A stretch of 64,000 bases of DNA from Rebecca billardiae RCC1528 (Eukaryota > Protista > Haptophyta). Where the stretch lies: NCBI GenBank assembly GCA_965240325.2, contig OZ251225.1, positions 1,550,001 to 1,614,000 of the forward strand, in the 5' to 3' direction. The first letter of the stretch is position 1; each line of letters opens with the position of its first letter. The notes under the pieces were generated by a model. It did no database searches and was not told the origin of the DNA. It was given only the letters and a program-made list of their open reading frames with translations. Shown here piece after piece: positions 56,086 through 64,000 of this stretch. Both the position numbers and the translations under genes were made by a program.

Positions 56086-57546
56086 ATGGTCGTGACTACC
56101 ACGACTGCGCCCAGGCCTTCTCCCGCGCCCAGGACACGTGTGAGTCCGGGACATGCACCGCCGCGGCCGATGGTGAGCGGTCCTCACACTCAGCTGGCAC
56201 TTCCGATCCTCCCGCCGGGCTTCACCGCGGCCGGTACCGCGTGCCCGCCGAGGCACGGCATCTTTGCTGGGGTGCCCCCCATGCCTTCTCCCGCGCCCGC
56301 GCCCGTTGCACGTCCCGAGGGACACGTACCGCCGCTGGGCATGGAGACCGCTACTCAGCATGCGCCCATGATCCCCGCGGCCTCCTTTACGGCCGGCGCC
56401 CCGTCGGTGATCGCCAGGCACGGGCCGTGGCACCTCGTCGCTAACATGCCCTCGCCGCAGCTGGCTGGGCCCGGCGTCAGCATTCTCGGCTCGAGTGGCA
56501 GCGCACATGTGGCGCGCCCCTCGTGGCCGCAGCTGCCGTTTCCGCCCACGCTCCCTGCCGCGCTGGACGTGTACGCTGCGCCAGACGTGCGCATCCGTTG
56601 GAGAGCGCGCGGCCACCACGTGCGCCGGCGAGATCGGGGGCGCGCCGAGCTCCTGACGCGGGCCTTCGGCCTGTACGCGCCGCCACCGGTGCGCGACGCC
56701 GATGCGAGCCTCCATGAGGCGGCGGGGCATCTCTGTGATCTGATCTGGGATGGCTCGCTGGTCCCCGTGCCGGCGAGCGCGCTCGCGGCCATGTCGGCGT
56801 GCCATGCGGCTGACGAGGCCGAACTGCGGCGCGTGACGAGCGAGCGCGATGCGGCGGTGACGGCGGCGAGGGCGTCCCAGTGTGCAGCCCCGGGGCCTCA
56901 GGGCGCACTTCTCGGTGGTGTTGGCGCCGAGCAGGCAATGTCGGCGCGCAAGCGCACGCGGGAGGAGGAGACGCAGACAGCAGGCTCCAAGCACCGGAGC
57001 TTCAGCTTGCTCGGCAGCCGGACGCAGAGATCGGTGCTCAAGCAGGCGCAGCCGCTGCTGCAGGAGCTGCAGGATCTGACCGGCGATGACCTCGCGAGCT
57101 TTCTCGGTCGCCTGGTCTCGTCAGGTAGGGCGAGCAAGCTCTTCCCCGAGGGTACGCGCGAGATGGCCAGGCGCTTCGCCGAGAAAATTGAGCCAGGCTC
57201 CGCGCTTGCCAAGGCCTTGCGGGTGAAGTTTGGCCGCAAGGCGGCGGCTGAGTCGGGCGCGCTCGCTGCTTCTCGCCCGCGCAGAGCGTGCGAGCAGGGC
57301 GGCCCGACGGCCGTCGGGCGCGCCGCTGCCCGACGCTCGGCGAGCGTCGCCGCCGCCGGCACTGATGCCAGGGGCAGGGGCGCCCGCTCGCCAGACGGCG
57401 GCCCGGAGAAAACGATCCCAAGCCCGGATCATGCTGCTGATGTGACGACTTGTGAGCAAGACGACGACTCTGACGACGAGGAGGAGTCCGATGACGAGGA
57501 GTCTGACGAGGAGGAGGACGAGGACGCTGGCGACGACTGTCCGTGA
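56086..57546 (+). CDS. Hypothetical protein, Pro-rich N-terminus and acidic tail; probably TE-derived
   Basis: 486-aa ORF with an ATG start, weaker GC3 bias than host genes, in a repeat-rich context. Confidence 0.45.
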   Translation: MVVTTTTAPRPSPAPRTRVSPGHAPPRPMVSGPHTQLALPILPPGFTAAGTACPPRHGIFAGVPPMPSPAPAPVARPEGHVPPLGMETATQHAPMIPAASFTAGAPSVIARHGPWHLVANMPSPQLAGPGVSILGSSGSAHVARPSWPQLPFPPTLPAALDVYAAPDVRIRWRARGHHVRRRDRGRAELLTRAFGLYAPPPVRDADASLHEAAGHLCDLIWDGSLVPVPASALAAMSACHAADEAELRRVTSERDAAVTAARASQCAAPGPQGALLGGVGAEQAMSARKRTREEETQTAGSKHRSFSLLGSRTQRSVLKQAQPLLQELQDLTGDDLASFLGRLVSSGRASKLFPEGTREMARRFAEKIEPGSALAKALRVKFGRKAAAESGALAASRPRRACEQGGPTAVGRAAARRSASVAAAGTDARGRGARSPDGGPEKTIPSPDHAADVTTCEQDDDSDDEEESDDEESDEEEDEDAGDDCP

Positions 57547-57796
57547 CAGTACTCCGCCGACTGTAAGCGCGCGCAAGTTATCATAGTACTAGCAGCCGCA
57601 GGCGCAGCGGCTGTCACCGTACGCGGGTGGCGTCGCCGGCGGCGCCCGCCATTGGCATTACTCTCATTAGTAATTATTAGTTAGTAAATCATTCACAGTG
57701 AGGCCCGTGAGCTGACGACGGCCATCATGGACATGGTGACAGTGTAAACTAGTTACTTACCAAGAATGTGCTGCTCTACTGCTACTAGTCATCAGT

Positions 57797-59280
57797 GGCT
57801 CCGGCTCCGGTCCTGACCCCCCCAGCTCCGTTACGTCTTGGCTCCGAGCCGAAGTCAACCAAGCGGACCATGCAATTGCAGCAGAGTCCCTTCCGCCCCC
57901 CGATTGATGACTTCAACGACGAGAAATGTCGCGCGCATCCGACCACCGCTCCCAATAGGTTCAGAGGCGGCTCCGGTCACTGTCCGGGACGTCCAGCAGG
58001 GGTGCATTCAGACTCTCTGGGGGGGTCTGGGGGGGGCTCCCCCCAGCCGATCGAAGGACCAAATACGCCTCAATAAGTGAATAAGGCCCCAACTCGCCAG
58101 AATTCGCATAGCAGACCGTGTTCGCTGGTGTTGGCTGAGGGCTGAGTCGTGCGGCGTCGGCTCTGCGCCGAGCGGCCATGACGCATTACACACAGCCCCG
58201 ATATCGGCGCCTCCCTCGCGAGTCAAGACGTAGCGCAGTGCAGGATCGAGCAACGCATTGACCGCTGCGGCGCAGGCCGCCGCACCTCGTGGCGCGCTCG
58301 CGAACAAGCTCTGAGCAGCCAGCTGTGGCAGTCCTCTGAGGAGCTGCAGCCAAGCACGAGCTCGTGCGCATGCACGTGCCCGTACGAGCTGACGGCGCGG
58401 CCCGGGGCGCGAGCAGCTCGACGCCGACAAGCTCACGCGCACGCCCGCACCGCCGCGAGCTCAAGGCGCGGCCGCCGGCGCGAGCAGCTCGACGCGGACA
58501 GCGCGCAGCTTGCTCGAGTCGACGAGCAGCTTCTCGCCCATCGGTGACTCTCAGTGCACGAAGGTGCACCCGGGGCGCGAGCGCGACAGGGTGCCGCGGC
58601 CAACCAGCGGATGCGCCCGGATCAAGGCCTCCAAGACGTCTCATCTCCTCGCCCGCGTCCGCGGAACTCCATCGTGAGGGAGACCGGTCCGGGAGGCCAA
58701 AAAAAAGTTCAGCACGATGGAGTCCTCCGTGTTCGACTGTGACGACGCGTTCAAACGCGTCGAGGCGTGAGAAGACGTCGATTACTTCGATGAGGACTAC
58801 GTTACTTCGTCCGCCGCCCCGGAGATCTTTCGATTGGTACCCTCATCGCCCTCTGGCTCCCAGGGGTTCGTCTGAATGCACCCCCCCCCCCCCCCCGCCC
58901 CCCATAGGGTCACTGGACGTCCCTGTCACTACTCACTCCCTGATCCCGTGGCTGGAGCCCAGACTATATTTTTACTATGTGGTTACCCGTCCCTTACTCA
59001 TATTTCAGCACAGTCCGGGAGCGTTCCGGACACCTGTATACATATGCGAAATTATCACCCGGGCTGGGTATTTTAGTTAGAGAAAATAGAGTCTGAACCT
59101 ATTGGAGGTCGGGCTGAATGCTGATGATCCATCTGGCCGTAAATATCGTCCAAGGGACCGCCTGGGGTGGTCTAGGAGCTAGTGCAGATCATCAGAGGCA
59201 GCGATCCCGCCGATTGCAGTGTCAAGATGTAACGCTCCAGTGACCGGACTGGGGGGGGGGGGTGGACCGAAGCCGGAGCC
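57797..59280. mobile_element. Non-autonomous TIR element with 4-bp TSD
   Basis: Imperfect TIRs GGCTCCGGCTYCGGTCC..CCCCCCAG..CGTTACRTCTTG (57797-57843 / 59221-59280); CAGT at 57793-57796 and 59281-59284. Confidence 0.75.
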
Positions 59281-60044
59281 CAGTCACGTACTCGGTCTCG
59301 TAGTCGACGTCGTTATATACTTGTAGCTACTTGTCAGCTAGTCGTAGAGTCGTAGCTAGACTCGGTGATTCCGACGATTCGGCGGACGGAATTAGATAGA
59401 TCGTCACATGATAACTCAGCTACATGTGGCCCACTGCGGGACACGGTGCCGCCAGCCGGTGCGCAGCGCGCAGGCGGCGGCAGGCCCGAGGCCACAGCCG
59501 TCCGAGCAGCGGCGTCATCAGCAAGTAAGCAAGCGGTTCATTCAGTAGAGTCATCTAGAGAGTGAGACTGCCGTGAGACTTAGAGTGACTCCGAGACTCA
59601 CTCGAGAGTGGAGAGTCCCGCCGCACGTCGTCGAGAGTGAGAGTCACGTCCGCGCCATGCTGGATTGATGACACTGCGCGCGCTAACTCTCCTGGCGGTC
59701 CTGGCCGCCACGCGGCCGATCAGATTCGGATTTCGGGGCGGCGCGTAAACTACAGGTAAACTGTCGCGCTATCATCGATAATTGTCTCGATTGCATCTGA
59801 CATACCGTCGCGCTGAAAATCTCATCGGGGTTACCAGATGTATCATGAGGACTCTGAGACGACGACATTGATGAATTATTGTCATTTGAGACGTAGTCTT
59901 AGACGACAAATTGAATTTGTCATTTGAGACATGACGGCGTCGTCCGACTGCATGTAATTCAAAGCTACATGTATACAAACATAGTTAGTAGTATAATATT
60001 AATTTAATGACTGACAATGCTGCTCACGGGCCCGGCGATATTAT

Positions 60045-60166
60045 GGCCCGCGGTCGGCACGGGGCGGAGAGCGCATCGCGGCATGAGTGGGCGTGGATGG
60101 ACTCGGTGCCCCGGGTGGAGCCCGCAGCGCGGGCACTCATCATGTTTCAAAACTAAGATCTTTGAT
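60045..60166 (+). mobile_element. Truncated, diverged end of the AT-flanked TIR family
   Basis: ATGGCCCGCGGT..GGGCGGAG..GTTTCAAAA..AGATCTTTGAT. Confidence 0.6.
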
Positions 60167-60179
60167 GACCATTAATCGG

Positions 60180-60383
60180 ACTATAATAATATATATTGTG
60201 ATAATATATATATAACGTGATTATAATATATATATATATATTAACGACGTGGTATGCAACGGGCAGGCGTCAGAGTCAGCAAGCTGTAGCAGCAGATCGA
60301 GCAGCAGAGACAAACACCAGGGTCAGCGCTCCTCGCCGTCGTCCCCCCCCCTCGTGGTCGCCCATCACTCCATCGCCGAGCGG
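60180..60383 (+). repeat. TA-rich tract plus microsatellite-anchored repeat, type B
   Basis: TTAACGACGTGGTATGCAACGGGCAGG.. is near-identical to 48140-48283. Confidence 0.85.
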
Positions 60384-60752
60384 TATTAAATAATAAATGC
60401 TCAGAGCCTCAGCCCGCCCTCAGGCCTCAGGCTCAGACTGGCGTCCGGGACGTCACTCGTCCGAACAGGCTCACGACACGGCCGCCAACTAGGGGGAATG
60501 GCGCACGCTCGACGACGACGGCTCGGCGGTCAGCGCAGGCGGGCCGTGGCCGCCACCTGCTGACTACAGGCTGACAGTGACGCCTGACCGCTGACGCCTG
60601 ACGGCAGCGGCGCGCGACTCGCGGCTGCGGCATCAGCACTTGTGGCCGGCGGAGACCACGCCGGCATCATCGTGTCGGAGCGGCAGCGCACACAGAGAAC
60701 AAAGCCTGCTGGCTGCCTCGGCGGTTGATTCCCAGGCCCACGGCGTGATCAA

Positions 60753-61706
60753 TCAACGCCAGGCATACGGGTAGTAGGGGGCTGGTTGCCTTGGCACCAT
60801 CATTGGCACCATGACGTACGACACTTGGCCCTCGTCGTGCGCGCCAGGCGGGCCCATCATGCCAGGATGCGGGGCGTAAACCATGCCCGGGGGAGCATGC
60901 ATCACGCTCGGCGGAGTGGCGGGGTGCATCATCACCATGCCGGAGGGATTGGCGTGCACCACGCCGCCAGGAGGAGGAGCGTGCATCACGTTGCCATAGT
61001 AAGGAGGACCGGACATGGTCATCGGCGTCGCCTCGCCGTAGGACGACGGCACAGGCGCCATAATCTGCGTCGTGACGTGCACTGTCGGCGAGAACGGCTG
61101 CGCCGTCGGCTGCGCGATGACCGTCGGGAAGGGTGGCCCGGCGGTGCTGTTCGCCGCCTGCCTTCGCTGGCGCTTTGGGTTGCCCTGCTGCTGCACATTG
61201 CCAGCGGCGTCTGTGCTCGTGCGCGTGCGCATCGCGACTTGGCCGACCATGCCGGGTAGCCTGTGCAACGCGCACCGCCTGGCACGCGTATCGCCCGGCA
61301 TGCCAAACGACGGCAGCTTCGCGCAGCCGGCGAAATCGCACGTGCGATGTTTCACATCGACCATGCCGGCGAGCTTGTGTGCTGCGCACCGCCTGGCGCG
61401 CCGGTCCCCTGGCACGCCGTAGGACGGCAGTTTCACGCAGCCGGCATGGTCGCACGTGCGGTGTCTCACGTCAATCATGCCGGCCAGTTTGTGCTCAGCA
61501 CATCGCGTCGCGCACGTGGCACCCGGCAGGCCGTACGACGGCAGCTTTGAGCAGCCCGCGTGATCGCACGGGCGATTCTTGACGTCGACCATGCCTTCGA
61601 GCTTGTGGGCGTTGCACCGGCTGGCACGCGAGTCGCCTGGCATGCCGTACGACGGCACCTTGTCACAGTCAGGGCACTCGCACATGCGGCTCACCACCTC
61701 GGCCAT
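60753..61706 (-). CDS. EsV-1-7 repeat protein (4 repeats) with Pro/Met-rich tail
   Basis: Repeats C.HAGC.KLPSYG.PG..RA.RC..HKLAGM.DV; ATG at 61706. Confidence 0.82.
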   Translation of the reverse strand: MAEVVSRMCECPDCDKVPSYGMPGDSRASRCNAHKLEGMVDVKNRPCDHAGCSKLPSYGLPGATCATRCAEHKLAGMIDVRHRTCDHAGCVKLPSYGVPGDRRARRCAAHKLAGMVDVKHRTCDFAGCAKLPSFGMPGDTRARRCALHRLPGMVGQVAMRTRTSTDAAGNVQQQGNPKRQRRQAANSTAGPPFPTVIAQPTAQPFSPTVHVTTQIMAPVPSSYGEATPMTMSGPPYYGNVMHAPPPGGVVHANPSGMVMMHPATPPSVMHAPPGMVYAPHPGMMGPPGAHDEGQVSYVMVPMMVPRQPAPYYPYAWR

Positions 61707-64000
61707 GACTGCCTTGCCGAGTGGGCGTTCGCCCCCTTTTGATGTTGTCGACCCCAGGAGAGGTGCTTGGTTGGCTCGCTGCCAGTAGATGCTGCGGTGA
61801 CGAGCGCGACGCGCGTGAGAACCTCTTGAAGCCAATTTCACGTGCCCCGAAGGTGCGCGAACGGGTATGCGACGTTTCAGAATCAGTCGGCCTGTCCTTC
61901 CGAATCCTCGCGCAAGGCGTCAGCTGCGAGTGAGCTGTCCCACCCCTGACAAGCGCCGACTTCGCACTATCTACGCCGGTACGAGTAATTAGGACTAATT
62001 GGCGCGCAGATTTTTCACGAACCCACCACAATCACATTCTTCACCCGGACAAATTCAAGCGCAGGCGCACAAGTTTCGAATCCGTCAGAGGAAGCAAAAA
62101 GCATTTTGACTAACCATATCGTACCCGCATTTGCCTATCATTCATTCAACGACTACGCGATAAAATAATGTTTAGCGGGAACTCTTGCCCATCTACCCAA
62201 GTACCGTACCCATCAAAGATCGAACATGAAAAAATAGAGAGGGCATTGTACCATTGTTGGACACTTGGACTAATGAGGTGTATGATAATGTAGGTACCGA
62301 TGGGCGTCTTACTTACTTACGGCAATCGAAGCTTCCATCGGGACAAACCGCCAAGATAGGGGAATCCACGATCGTCCAACCTTCCGCTCAGAAGCTCCCC
62401 CCCTAAGACGCTTGGGCCCGCCCGGCCCGTGATGTGCATGCGCAGCGGAGGCGCGCGGTCGAAGTCGCGCTTCGCCGCGTCTGAAAAAGCGCCGTGGTAC
62501 CTTTGCGCGCGCTGCGCGCCACTGGGCGCACGGTGGCGGCCGCGCGCCGCCGCGCGGGCCGCATCCTCGCGGCCACTGCCGCCACCGCGAGGCCGCGCGC
62601 TCGGGCTGGGTGGGCTGCCAGCCGCGCGTAGGAGCCCGCCGCGCGCGCCCGGCCCGGCTCGCGGCCTACTCGCCGCCCGTGCGCTCGGCACGCGGCCGGC
62701 GCGACCCGGGCGGCGTGGCGCGCGAGGTTCGCGCGCCCGCTCGCCGGGCGCGTGAGCGAGTCGGGCGCGTTCGGTCGGCGGCGCCTGAGGGAGCGTGTCC
62801 CTCACGAGCTGTAGCGAGCCGGGCTCCCTCGCCTCGACGCCCGAGGCGGTGCGCCGCGCGCGTTCTGTGCCGGTCTGCGGCGGCGCAGTGGCTGCGCTCG
62901 CGCACGGATGGCCGCTGGACTTGGATGGGCGCTCTCGAGCGCGTTTGGCGGCGGATCCCACGCGGAGCGCTGGTGCATGCACAGCGACCCGCTCTGTCCG
63001 CCCCCAGCCCGCCTCGTGACGGAGGCCTTGCCCATCGACCGCTCGCGCGCCTCACCGCCGGTGCTAGACCGGAGTCGGGCATGGGCCGCACGCGCCGCGC
63101 GGGCCGCACGCGCCGCGCGGGCCGCGCGCGCGCCCGGTCAGCCCACGAAGGTGGCGCGGCATCTGGCGGCACGCGAGGGCAATGCATTTGCAGCAGCCTA
63201 CAGTACCTTTCAGCTGGCATCTCTGCTCAGCCGGTCGCACTCGTTTCTCGCCTTGCTCAGCGCTCGTGCATCTTCATGCCTGCGGTGCTGGAGGAGTGCC
63301 CTCCTGCTGCAGTCATGACCACTGGCTGCAGCCCTTTGAGTGCGCTAGCTGGCAGCGTTCACAGACATGCGGCGCGCGGCGCGTGCTGCTGTCCGCGCCT
63401 AATGAGCCCACAGCTGTGCTGACCTTGGCACAGCAGGGCACAAAGCGCTGCTATTGCCCATAGCAGTGACAGTGTGCCGAGCCGACTGAGCACCGGCTGC
63501 GCATGCGCACAAGCTGAGCTAGCAGGCCCAGCTAGAGTGTTGGCGAGCGACATGCGCAGTTGATGCAGCCTGGGCCGCCCGAGCGCAGCCGCACACGCCC
63601 GTCTCACGGCCGTGCTAGGCATGCCGTGCCCGTGGCTGTGAGTGCGCGCTGTTCACTCAGCAGTTAGCTGCACTCTGAGCTCTGTACTCACTGAGTCACT
63701 GTAGTGTGCGCGAGCCCGCGCGTGTGCAGTGCCGACAGCTCTGCCAGACTCGCCAGAGCCCGAGCAGCAGCACGGATGTAGGGAACGTACAGCACCTGTT
63801 GAGCGGACGACGCTGCTTGACACCCGTTGCCATGCGCACCTGGGACCGCACCACCCGGGCCCGGCCTGCTGATGAGTAGTGTCGACCGCAACTCAGGCAG
63901 GCGACGAGCAGATAGTCGATTGCTGACATCTGCTTATTGACAATCTGCTTCGATTTCCAACTCCAAGACCAAGTAGCCTGCTGGCTGACTGGCGCCTCGG

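Noticed and set aside
62317-64000. Fanzor/TnpB or other gene at the window end
   Set aside because: No RuvC, zinc-finger or other recognisable motif in any frame

Overview
Very GC-rich eukaryotic nuclear DNA with short GC-rich GT-AG introns and flagellar/centriolar genes. The style suggests a haptophyte alga such as Diacronema/Pavlova (inference only). Host genes: Kelch-like protein, GT2/GT92-like glycosyltransferase, LIG6-type ATP-dependent DNA ligase, F-box/RCC1 protein, DBP10/DDX54, ubiquilin/DSK2, DNAAF3 (with an apparent YL1_C domain), CEP135/BLD10, a PA-7TM-HET/TIR-like receptor, a MAPK-like pseudokinase, a TPR-SAM coiled-coil protein and two EsV-1-7-repeat proteins. Intergenic DNA is packed with non-autonomous mobile elements whose ends can be read from the sequence: a TOC1-like split-direct-repeat element, TIR elements with 9-, 5-, 4- and AT-type target duplications, and microsatellite-anchored repeats. 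There is also a 1.5-kb palindrome centred on (TA)n. Top leads: (1) a recurring 13-bp site, TAGTAAACTGTAC, that behaves like a shared integration site and is split exactly by the TOC1-like element; (2) a 7TM receptor fused to a cytoplasmic HET/TIR-like domain. No intact transposase, rRNA, tRNA or true CRISPR array was seen. All family assignments come from motif recognition by eye, not database searches.
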